Part shown: piece by piece, positions 1-11,878 of the stretch
Layout: each line of letters opens with the position of its first letter
Numbering within the stretch: position 1 is the stretch's first letter
Assembly: GCA_951406725.2 (NCBI GenBank)
Contig: OX597818.1
Coordinates: 127,720,001-127,784,000 of the forward strand
From: Octopus vulgaris
Taxonomy: Eukaryota
DNA: 64,000 nt
Direction of reading: 5' to 3'
The notes under the pieces: model-generated
Told to the model about the DNA's origin: nothing
Seen by the model: the letters and a program-made list of their open reading frames with translations, nothing else
Database searches by the model: none
Made by a program: the position numbers and the translations under genes

Positions 1-305
1 GTTATAGCCAAAAAATAGCAAAAAAATGGGAAAAAAATGATGGTAAATTTTTTTTTGATAGTTAAAAAGGTCGAGTTGCGTCCCCTGTGGATTTGTGTTT
101 CTGATTGTCGACCCCATGTCGAATTTATCGATTTTTTTTCAGAACTGGGGGAACTTTTCAAAATTTTCGCTGCGTTAGTTTTGAATTATGACATTGGGCT
201 ATGTGTGTGTCAAGTTTCATCAGAATCGGTTGAAAGCCGTAGTCAGGGTGAGGGTACGAGAAAACAGACACACAGAAACACGCACAGACAAACTGCCGTT
301 TATAT

Positions 306-308
<3 letters not shown>
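1..308 (-). mobile_element. Non-autonomous Helitron, 5' part (truncated by window edge)
   Basis: Highly similar to 53945-54132 and 59303-59490; TCTATATA 5' terminus on minus strand. Confidence 0.75.
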
Positions 309-349
<41 letters not shown>

Positions 350-629
350 CTCTCTCAAAGCACCGAATCTTAAAACACCTGAAAATCAAAGACAGGTGAG
401 ACAACTCTCCTCAAATACTATTCAGGAGTATTGGATATCCATGTTTAGCCATTTTTTGTGGCTTATCAATATCACGTACCCGAACCGTATCGGAGCCGAA
501 TAGACTGCCGGTCTACGACTTATATGCATATAGTGTGAAAACTATGTGCTGGTATGCCTTGTGGATTAACTTGGTAAACAAAAGCTGTGTGATAGCCGTC
601 GTAAATAAATACATATACACACTCCTATA

Positions 630-791
630 GGCGCAGGAATGGCTGTGTGGTAAGTAGCTTGCTTACCAACCACATGGTTCCGGGTTCAGTCACACTGCGT
701 GGCATCTTGGGCAAGTGTTTTCTGCTATAGCCCCGGGCCGACCAAAGCCTTGTGAGTGGATTTGGTAGACGGAAACTGAAAGAAGCCTGTC

Positions 792-832
<41 letters not shown>

Positions 833-1062
833 TGTGTGTGTTTGTGTGTCTATGTTTGTCCCCCTAGCATTGCTTGACAACCGATGCTCGTGTGTTTATG
901 TCCCCGATACTTAGCGGTTCGGCAAAAGAGACCGATAGAATAGGTACTGGGCTTACAAAAGAATAAGTCCTGGGGTCGAGTTGCTCGATTAAAAAAGGCG
1001 GTGCTCCAGCATGGCCGCAGTCAAATGACTGAAACACAAGTTAAAGAGTTAAAGAGTTAAAG
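630..1062 (+). mobile_element. tRNA-headed SINE family A with internal (TA)n(TG)n; other copies 2817-3238(+), 18797-19170(-), 23585-23973(-), 29286-29677(-), 35646-36430(-), 41950-42361(-), 47712-48320(-), 54921-55287(+)
   Basis: Nine near-identical ~400-bp copies; box A TGGCTGTGTGG, box B GGTTCAGTCCC; A-rich tail. Confidence 0.9.
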
Positions 1063-1361
1063 ACATGTGCACGTGCGCGTGCGCGTGTCTGTGAGCCTTT
1101 GTGTTTGTGTTCGCACCCACCACGCCATCGCTTGCAGCGGTCCAACAAAACAAGTACGAGACTTAAATAGCAAGTAGTTACAACATAGAAGACAAAGCGA
1201 ACTTATCAGTTTCACGTCCAATGTGAGAAAAGAAAGCAGCAGGTGCGCCTAAGATGATTGCAATTTGATATTAGTGGGACTTGAAATCTCATAGCATTGT
1301 ACAAAATATTTCATAAAGTATTTAGAGTTACACATTAACGTTTTAACCAACGTACTGGTCT

Positions 1362-2651
1362 CCTTTCTACTTTATGGGCACAAGGCCTGAAATTTGGTGG
1401 GGGGGGTCACTAGTCGACTCCAATGCTCAAGTGGTACTTATTTAATCGACCCCGAAAGAATGAAAGACAAAGTCTACTTTGGCGGAGTTTGAACTCAGAA
1501 CGAAATACCTATTTCTTTACTACCCACAAGGGGCTAAACACAGAGAGGACAAACAAGGACAGACAAACGGATAAGGTCGATTATATCTACCCCAGTGCGT
1601 AACTGGTACTTATTTAATCGACCCCGAAAGAATGAAAGACAAAGTCGACCTCGGCGGAATATGAACTCAGAACGTAACGGCAGGTGAAATACCTATTTCT
1701 TTACTACCCACAAGGGGCTAAACACAGAGAGGACAAACAAGGACAGACAAACGGATTAAGTTCGAGTATATCGACCCCAGTGCGTAACTGGTACTTATTT
1801 AATCGACCCCGAAAGAATGAAAGACAAAGTCGACCTCGGCGGAATATGAACTCAGAACGTAACGGCAGGTGAAATACCTATTTCTTTACTACCCACAAGG
1901 GGCTAAACACAGAGAGGACAAACAAGGACAGACATAGGTATAAAGTCGAGTATATCGACCCCAGTGCGTAACTGGTACTTATTTAATCGACCCCGAAAGA
2001 ATGAAAGACAAAGTCGACCTCGGCGGAATATGAACTCAGAACGTAACGGCAGGTGAAATACCTATTTCTTTACTACCCACAAGGGGCTAAACACAGAGAG
2101 GACAAACAAGGACAGACAAACGGATTAAGTCGAGTATATCGACCCCAGTGCGTAACTGGTATTTATTTAATCGACCCCGAAAGAATGAAAGACAAAGTCG
2201 ACCTCGGCGGAATATGAACTCAGAACGTAACGGCAGGTGAAATACCTATTTCTTTACTACCCACAAGGGGCTAAACACAGAGAGGACAAACAAGGACAGA
2301 CAAACGGATTAAATTCAATTATATCAACCTCAGTGCGTAACTGGTACTTATTTAATCGACCCCGAAAGAATGGAAGATAAAGTCTACCTTGGCGGAATTT
2401 GAACTCATAACGAAATACCTATTTCTTTATTACCCACAAGGGGCTAAACACAGAGGGGACAAACAAGGACAGACATAGGGATTAAGTCGATTACATCGAC
2501 CCCAGTGCGTAACTGGTACTTAATTTATCGACCCCGAAAGGATGAAAGGCAAAGTCGACCTCGGCGGAATTTGAACTCACAACGTAACGCAGACGAAATA
2601 CCGCTACGCATTTTTTCCAGAGTGCTAATGATTCTGCCAGCTCGCCGCCTT
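1362..2651 (-). mobile_element. Tandem array of SINE family B (MetaSINE-like core), ~185-bp period
   Basis: GAAATACCTATTTCTTTA recurs at about 1502, 1687, 1872, 2055, 2239 and 2412; single tRNA-like head at the 2651 end; core gcctttcatcctttcggggtcgataaattaagtacc. Confidence 0.88.
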
Positions 2652-4064
2652 AACCAACATGCTTATCTGAAATATCATAATGCAAAGCATATACATCTCA
2701 TCTCGATCTAATAACAGTCTGAGGGTAGTAAATGCAAAATTAAGATTTTTTTTAACTCCGCCTACAGGCAATGCAAAAAAATCACAATGCAAAAAAAAAA
2801 AAACTAAATAGATATAGGCGCAGGAGTGGCTGTGTGGTAAGTAGCTTGCTTACCAACCACATGGTTCCGGGTTCAGTCCCACTGCGTGGCACCTTGGGCT
2901 AGTGTCTTCTACTATAGCCTCGGGCCGACCAAAGCCTTGTGAGTGGATTTGGTAGACGGAAACTGAAAGAAGCCTGTCGTATATATGTATATATATATAT
3001 ATATATGTATGTGTATGTGTGTGTATGTGTTTGTGCGTTTGTGTTTGTCTCCCTAGCATTGCTTGACAACCGATGCTGGTGTGTTTACGTCCCCGTAACT
3101 TAGCGGTTCGGCAAAAGAGACCGATAAAATAAGTACTGGGCTTACAAAGAATAAGTCCCGGGGTCGAGTTGCTCGACTAAAGGCGGTGCTCCAGCATGGC
3201 CGCAGTCAAATGACTGAAACAAGTAAAAAAAAAAAAAAGATATATGAAACTAAACATTGGTTTCAAATTTTGACACACGGCCAGCAATTTCTGGGGAGGA
3301 TGACTTGTTTGTACCTGCTTGCCACCTTAATGAAGCGAAATATTCCTTTCTACTAGACATAGAGGGGACAAACAAGGACAGACACAGGTATTAAGTCGAT
3401 TACATCGATCCCAGTGCGTAACTGGTACTTAATTTATCGACCCCGAATGGATGAAAGGCAAAGTTGACCTCGGCGGAATTTGAACTCAGAACATAGCGCC
3501 AGACGAAATACCTATTTCTTTATTACCCACAAGGGGCTAAACACAGAGAGGACAAACAAGGACAGACATAGGTATTAAGTCGATTACATCGACCCCAGTC
3601 CGGAACTGGTACTTAATTTATCGACCCCGAAAGGATGAAAGGCAAAGTCGACCTCGGCGGAATTTGAACTCACAACGTAACGCAGACGAAATACCGCTAA
3701 GCATTTCGCCCGGCGTGCAAACGTTTCTGCCAGCTCGCCGCCTTAAAAGTTTTTTTCTTTCTACTCTAGGCACAAGGCCTGAAATTTTGGGGGGAAGGGG
3801 CCAGTCGATTAGATGGACCCCAGTACGCAACTGGTGCTTAATTTATCGATTCCGAAATGATGAAAGGCAAAGTCAACCTCGACGGAATTCGAACTCAGAA
3901 CGTAAAGGCAGACGAAATACCGCTAAGCACTTTGCCCGGTGTGCTAACGATTCTACCTTATAATGAAGCTAAATATTAAGATAAAGAAAGCAATTAGAAA
4001 GAAGTAGAACAATTTGGATTTTTAAAAAAACCTGTTACAAAAATGAACCATTTAGCTTCCTTAC

Positions 4065-4148
4065 AGCTGGTACAGTCGCGTTTGCGAAAACCTGGTTATT
4101 GTTAACGACATGCGATAAGAACTGAAGGCAGATTATTCGCTATTATTA
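4065..4148 (-). CDS. Candidate exon of a second, unidentified gene; ATG at 4111 gives MSLTITRFSQTRLYQ(L)
   Basis: Strong acceptor ttttttttcttctcAG and donor ct/GTaagg around unique sequence; all through-frames have stops, so it is coding only from the ATG. Confidence 0.35.
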
Positions 4149-4433
4149 CTGAGAAGAAAAAAAAAACTCATTCTTACATTAGCAGTAGGCAATATATCAT
4201 GGACTGGTTGGTGGGTGAGGAAATTGACAATGATTAAATCGGTCCCAGTACTTGCAGGCTGGTACTTATTTTGTCGACCTCGGAGTGTAAACCAACCCCG
4301 GCACGACATGAATTCAGATTATTAAGTTGTGTAACAAAATACTGATTTTTGTTGTTGTTTTTTTATTATTTAAACACTGGATAACACACTATAAAGGAGG
4401 GGGTTTAATCGATTAAATTTCTCTCTCTTTCTC

Positions 4434-4489
<56 letters not shown>

Positions 4490-7019
4490 ATCTGTCTATC
4501 AATCTAGCTATTTATTTATCTATACATCTCGGATAGGAGGTTGATTCCTCTCTAGAGAGGTCAATAAAATCCGAAGTCGATAAAAAGAAGATAAAATGTT
4601 GAATCTCTTTCTCTCCCTCTCTCCTCTCTCTCTCTCTCTCGTTCTCTCTCTCTCCCTCTCCTCTCTCTTTCTCTCTCTCTCTCTATCCCTCTCCTCTCTC
4701 TTTCTATTTCTCTCTCTCTGTATCTATCTATCAATCTATTTATTTATTTATCTAAATATCTCGGATATGAGGTGGATTTCTCTCTAGAGAGTTCAATAAA
4801 ATCCGAGGTCGATAAAAAGATAAAATACTGAATACTCTATCTCTCCCTCTCTCTCTCTCGCTCTTTCTCCCTCTCTCTCTCTCTCGCTCTTTCTCCCTCT
4901 CTCTCTCTCCTCTATCTCTCTCCCAGAGAGAGGGGAGGGAGGGAGAGAGGGAGTAAATCTTTATCCAGTATTTGACTAGTCCTTTTAATCGATTAAATCT
5001 CTCATCAGCATTTTACTGGTCCTTCAATATATCACCCCAACCGGTGCGATGAAATGTGAAGAAAACTTTGACACGTTTTGAACTCGGTACGTAGTTAGTC
5101 GAAATTTATACAGTCAGCTATTTTCCCTTATTACTAATTCCATTAATAATAGCCCTTTCGGTAAAAAAAAAAAATAGGATATTTTTAAAATTGGGTGTGA
5201 AGGCCAGAAATTTAGTGCGATGAGTCGATCAATCAATTGGTACGTTATTTTATCAGCCGCAAAAGGATCAAAGGAAAGTCGACCTCCGTAGACTCTGAAC
5301 TCAGAGTGTCAAGATTTGGAACAATACCGAAAGGCATTTGAAAAGCTAAATGTGGGGTTGAGTGGGAGAATTAGTAATTATTTCTAAAATGAGGAACAAG
5401 GTAAGAAGTTAGGGGAAAGAAATGAACAAATGCAACGTAGTACTTTAATCGATGGTCTGACGATTTTGATAATCTACGGCTCTCAAATAGTTTCTAATTT
5501 GGTCAAAAGGCCAGCAGTTTGAAGGATGGAGTTTGTACGGAGAAGAACACTGATATCTGTTGCGACCTTGGATAAACAAAATGTTATTCCTTTTACCCGC
5601 CAAAAAAAAACGAATACAGTCATTGCTACGAATGACAAAATACAGAGACAGTTTGAATGTTCTTGTTTTTTTTTTTGTGTAATTGTAGTAGTAGTCAAAA
5701 TGTCAGCTGCTGGTCGTTGTGTTGCTGATGTTTGTTTGTTTGTTGAGCAAAGCGGTCTTCGTCCCAGAGCTCGCAAGATCGCGCCTCTGTAGTGGGAGAA
5801 GTCCGAAACGTGGTCCTTTACTATTCGTAAGACCCGCAGAAGAGAAAGCAGGTCAACCCCCGACACCGAGAGCATCGACGGATGGATGAATGCGCATCCA
5901 GGCTCAGCGGTTGCGTAGGAAGTTGGGGGACAAGAAACAGGAAGAAAAAGTGAGAGAAAGAGTACAACAGGGGTCGGCACCACCCCCTGCCGGAGCCTCG
6001 TGGAGTTTTAGATGTTTTCGCTCAATAAACACACACAACGCCCAGTCTGGGAATCGAAACCGCGATCCTCCGACCGCGAGTCCGCTGCCCTAACCATTGG
6101 GCCATTGCGCCTCCACTTGTTGTAGCTGATCGTTCATTGTGGTTGTTGTCAGCTCTGGTCCACAGCTCTCTGCGTCTGTTTGCGTACGTTTGTAGTTTCG
6201 TCTCTGCTGTGTCTCAATGTTCTCTTTGCTGCATCCCAATGTTCTCTGGTTAAGTGGGTAAGGTGTGCTGAATTTATAATACTGGATAGGCTCAGAGACA
6301 AAGACGTGAAAAGGTGGTATTGTTACTGGAGCCAGGTCTAGGCGGAGTCGTGATTGATCAGATCTTGTTGATCTCGTGGGTAATGTTCTAGCGAATCGTG
6401 ACATCAAGTGTAGTGATCTGACTACTGAATATTCCCGTAACAAATCATTTGATTAAATCGTCCTCAGTACTTTATTGACTTTTATTGGCTCCAGAAAAGA
6501 TGAAAGGCACTCTACCGATTCTGCAACCCACAACCCCTTGGGAAAAAAAAGAAGTGTGAATTTTTATTTATTCATAATATAGTGGTGTAGTAAAACAGCA
6601 ATCGTTGTTATAATTCAACAACCGGTTAGCCCCTATCCACTTCTATTAGCCTTAGCCAACCCAACATCGAGCTTCTGTAAACGTTCATACAGATATTTAA
6701 CGCAATTCAAATATCCAGTGTTACAGATATACCAAGTGTATTTTACGTATGCCAGTTTTCTAGACGTACCTCTACCAACGACAAACCAATAAACAATGGA
6801 TAATTGTGTGGTTGTCCAATATGGCAGTCTGGGGGATATTGTGTTTTTCTCTTTATCCTGTCTGTTTCCGCATAACTGCGAGGGCTGATGCTGGCCTCAC
6901 CAGAAGCAAACACAGTGGTCACCCTTCAGGCGCAACACGTGAGAGGAGAGGGAGGGAGAGAGAGAGTAAATCTTTATCCAGTATTTGACTAGTCCTTTTA
7001 ATCGATTAAATATCTCATC

Positions 7020-7240
7020 AGAGTGTCAAGAGCAATACATAGGCCAAACAAAAACAGTCTACGTCGAAGGGTGGCTATGCACAGATCCCAGGTCAAAATT
7101 CCCCGAGATTTGCGCCAATAACAAAAATCCAAGCTTCAGAATTTTCCCCTCTGCCATTTCAGGGACGATACAACCTGTAGCCAACGAATTAGTAAAGAGA
7201 CTCACTTTATTACAAAATACAGACCCCCTTTGAACACATT
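7020..7240 (+). pseudogene. Penelope-like element GIY-YIG endonuclease fragment
   Basis: Frameshifted CQEQYIGQTK / SLRRRVAMHRSQVK ... KETHFITKYRPPLN, typical of the Penelope ORF C-terminus. Confidence 0.75.
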
Positions 7241-7658
7241 TGCAACAAACGAAATATCCACCACGGCCTCAGAATAAGACAAACACACACGCAAATATTA
7301 AAAATGATACTTTCAAGAGATATCCAAGAATTCATTAAAAAACAGTCCCAATCACTGCTATAATCCACAACGAGCCACTTGACCATTTAACATCCTACTA
7401 CATTTAAACATCATACCACCTGCATTCCTTAATTAGTCTCTCTTCTCTTTATCCTTCTTCTTCTTCGTCTTCTTCCTCTCATCCACCTCCTTTCTTACTT
7501 TACTACTATTGCTGTTTAGAATAACACCTACGCAAATATTATAAACAATACATTCAAAAGAGATGTCTCAAGAATTTAATCACTACTACCATCCATAACA
7601 TCCCACTTTCAGGGCACTTGACCATTTAACATCCTACTACTATCATGGCACTCACGCA

Positions 7659-7804
7659 TTCTTCTTCTTCTTCTTCTTCTTCTTCTTCTTCTTCTTCTTC
7701 TTCTTCTTCTTCTTCTTCTTCTTCTTCTTCTTCTTCTTTTTCTTCTTCTTCTTCTTCTCCTTCTTCTTCTTCTTCTTCTTCTCCCCCTCATCCTCCTTCT
7801 TCTT
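7659..7804. repeat. (TCT)n microsatellite; long (TA)n tracts nearby at 8105-8178 and 8379-8543
   Basis: Direct reading. Confidence 0.95.
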
Positions 7805-7964
7805 CTCTGCCAGAATTCACAATGACCTCGAACCCACAAGAGTAAACAAGAGAGACAGAGACAGGCAGAAAGAAGGAAAATGCCCCTTGTATTTGAATAC
7901 TATGCAAACATTCTTTTAAAAATATTTTTCTTTTAATTTTTCTCCAAACTAATTATTTTCCATA

Positions 7965-8007
7965 CTTGCAGTTGAAAAAGTCTCAATGACTGAAACCGGT
8001 ACTGAAG
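7965..8007 (+). ncRNA. Degenerate hammerhead motif downstream of the Penelope endonuclease fragment
   Basis: CAG-uUGAAaA-AGUC ucaau GACU-GAAA-CCGG-UA-CUG; stems intact, two core substitutions. Confidence 0.55.
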
Positions 8008-8075
8008 CGTTTTTTATAGAATTATTTTAGCATTTTCTACCTTGACTTTTTCCATATGTGTGTATGTGTGTGTAT

Positions 8076-8182
<107 letters not shown>

Positions 8183-8374
8183 TAGAAATAGAAAATCCTT
8201 GGAAAAGTATTATATACTTGAAAAAATGGATAGGAATATCTTTTCTGATAATTTTCCCACTTTAATAATATATGTTTATAAATCATTAGGTGCTTACAAA
8301 TCGTTTGTAAACGTCTAAAGATTTATAAACATCTAATTATTAATCTGGAAAAATTATCCTTCCTATTCATTTTT

Positions 8375-8503
<129 letters not shown>

Positions 8504-8510
8504 TAAATAA

Positions 8511-8543
<33 letters not shown>

Positions 8544-8629
8544 ACCCCTTAAAGGGATGATTATATCCAAGGAAACACTAGTTCTATACTTTATAGCTTT
8601 GAGAAATGAAATTTCCTTAAATCAATAAG

Positions 8630-8984
8630 TATATAATCCGTATTAAATTAAGAGAAGAAAAGGGAGAGTTAGTGGTTAATAATAATTTATTAATAATTTG
8701 ATAATCATTTCTTCCTACAGGTTTTTCCATTTATACTCATTGAATAAATTACAAATTTTTTAGTTATATGAAATTGTTTCATTTTTTTTTTTCTATGTGC
8801 ATGAGGCTTAACGGATTAATTTTAATATAACAGAATAAAGTAAAAGAAAGAATACGAAATTTAAATTAATCCATTAACCCTCACGCACATACTCTTTTAC
8901 TCTTTTATTTGTTTCAGTCAAATATGGACTGTGACCATAATTATTAACCACTAACTCTCCATTTTCTTTTCTTAATTTAATATG

Positions 8985-8991
<7 letters not shown>
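8630..8991. mobile_element. (TA)n-anchored foldback element with ~55-bp inverted arms and a nested ~30-bp inverted repeat
   Basis: tattaaattaaga...ggagagttagtggttaataat pairs with attattaaccactaactctcc...tcttaatttaata. Confidence 0.65.
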
Positions 8992-9019
<28 letters not shown>

Positions 9020-9118
9020 TTAATCCAAACAAGAAAGCACAAAAAAAAACACAACAACGCGAGGACGTGGAACAAATATAGTATTATTGGACGCTCAGGA
9101 AAGAAGGAAAGAAGGAGG

Positions 9119-9154
9119 GTTTAAATTTTTCGAGCGGAGCTCTTCGTCGGAAAC
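9119..9154 (-). ncRNA. Variant minimal hammerhead motif in a microsatellite-flanked element (9016-9235)
   Basis: GUUU-CcGACGA-A-GAGC ucc GCUC-GAAA-aauUU-AAAC. Confidence 0.5.
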
Positions 9155-9919
9155 ATAGGAGAAGGAAAGATCCAGAGAAGGGAAGACAGAGGAAAGAAAA
9201 TCGCCAACGGTACACACGAGGTCACATTTTGAAATGTATGTATGTATGTATGTATGTATGTATGTATGTATGTATGTATGTATGTATGTAGAAGTGCAGC
9301 TCTAATTCAGTATATACTTCTGCATGTAAATAAGTATACATTTGTATGAATTCTTGCATGCATCAAGTGAAAAAGTTTATGATATTTCCCTTCTCAATTT
9401 AAGATGATTGACACCCTAAAGACCCAAATGATCGGCTTGTATGCGTATCTATTGGCATTTGTTTTATTTTCTGTTGGCGATTCTCAGTGTTACAAAAGGC
9501 AAATTGACAGGTAAAACTGACTGTTTTGCTGAAGGATAAAAGTATATTATATTAGGCGTTATACTTTTCTATAAGAGCTGAAGACATTGCGTAGCAGCTG
9601 CAACTCAGAGCAGACGATAATCAACAGTTGTGTTTTGCCACGTTCGTCTGCCGTTTTATACCAAGTTAAAGTAGACACGTAGAGCTTGAAATTAACTATA
9701 ACTAAGAATGACACGTACATCTTAAAATTAAACACCACCATCTTGTCTCTCTTCTATTTTTCTTTATCTTTTATTTCGTGTTTGTTTTATGTGTTTTCTT
9801 TTTTTTTTCCATTAGGTCAGTGACAGGATTTGTAGGTAGCAGACTGATATTAAGTTGCTAATGAAAATGAAGAGAACAATACATTATGAACGATACATTA
9901 TGAATGAATAAACAATAGA

Positions 9920-10277
<358 letters not shown>

Positions 10278-10280
10278 AAG

Positions 10281-11653
10281 TTTCTTTATTGGCCACACAG
10301 GGCTGCACACAGATGGGACAAGTTACAAGGTAGAGCTTTTCTTTTGGGGGATGAAGAAAACAAAAAAAGGGGGTGGCGTAGGTTTTCGATCAAGAGGGAT
10401 CGTAAAAGGGAATAAAAGAACAAAAAAAAATAAATAAATAAATAAAATAAAAAGAAAAAAAAGGAAAAAAAGGAAAAGGAAAAGGAACAAGAGAAAAGAG
10501 AAATGAAAAAAGAAGAAAAAAAGGGGGAAAAAAAGGGGAAGAGGAAAAAAAGAACGATCAATAGGAATCGTGTATCACAGTGTTATGATATATGGTGTAA
10601 AGGGGAAAGCAAGTAAGGTTTATCCGTGGGAAGAAAAGCCTACGAAAAAGACCACGGTAACCTTGGTCAATATTGTTATATGTTACCACATTTGTTTGCA
10701 AGTGGGTAACCCTCTGTTTTCAATTTCTGGGTTCATAGGATTATGCTCAAGGTGGCTTCGTCATTCATACGTGCCATCCTTGCTAAATTCACCCATCTTT
10801 TTTTAAAACATTCGCTAGACAAAACTTGCCTCTCTACTCTCACTTTCCTCTTCAAGTGGTACTTGAAGAAGTTGATGAGAGATTGACCAGAGAGGAAAGT
10901 GTTTGTCTCCAATCCTTTCAGACGCGTCCACCAGATACATTCTTTCGCCATAGCCACAAGGATTATGAAAATAGCTCTTCCTTCCCGTTTGAAGGAAGGA
11001 GGCGTGACAATATTGACGATAGACTCAGCTGATAAACCGACTTGTCCCACACGTGACAGCAGTTGTTCGACATAAGCCCACAGGTCGGAAATTGTTGGAC
11101 ACTGCACGAGTGCGTGCAGAACGGTTTCGTCGCTCTGACCGCATCTCGGGCAGGTCGGCCCCGTGTTTCTCGAGCCGTGTCTGTAGAGCTTATCCCGAAC
11201 GGGTAGCGCTTCTCGGTAGCACTGCCAGGCCAGGGATCTCTGGAAGTTGTCCATGGGCCCTGGCCCGAAAGTCGTCCTGAACAGGCGGGTCAGGTACTCC
11301 TCGTCGACGTCCAGGCTCGCCCCGAGCTCGTCGTCGTACCTCCCCTCTACTAATCCCCTATAGAATGCTTTGGTTGTGTTGAAGTCACTCAAGGTCGACC
11401 CAGGACGGCAGAGTTGCTTGAGAGCAACGCGACACTCGCGGTGCCATTCGCCCTTCCTCGGCCTCTTTTTGATCTACGACTGCAGTTCGGTCATGGAGAC
11501 GAGCTGCGGGAAAGCGTGCCTCACAAACGGCGACCACACCTGTTCACCGTCGTCTACATAGAGCCAGAGATGTCGCAGTCTCAGCGCGTGTCTGCGCATC
11601 ATCAACCACGGCATGCCCAGCCCTCCTTTTAACGGGTGTTGACAGCAAAGACG

Positions 11654-11724
<71 letters not shown>

Positions 11725-11756
11725 GATGGGTGGATGAATGGATGGATGGATGGACG

Positions 11757-11814
<58 letters not shown>

Positions 11815-11819
11815 TAGAC

Positions 11820-11878
<59 letters not shown>

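Noticed and set aside
1500-2600. Regularly spaced repeats resembling a CRISPR array
   Set aside because: Whole ~185-bp units repeat with no unique spacers, the context is eukaryotic, and there are no cas genes; it is a SINE multimer.
5750-5825. GAAACGT-containing tail of a SINE C copy as a hammerhead
   Set aside because: No CUGANGA core in the correct position or strand.
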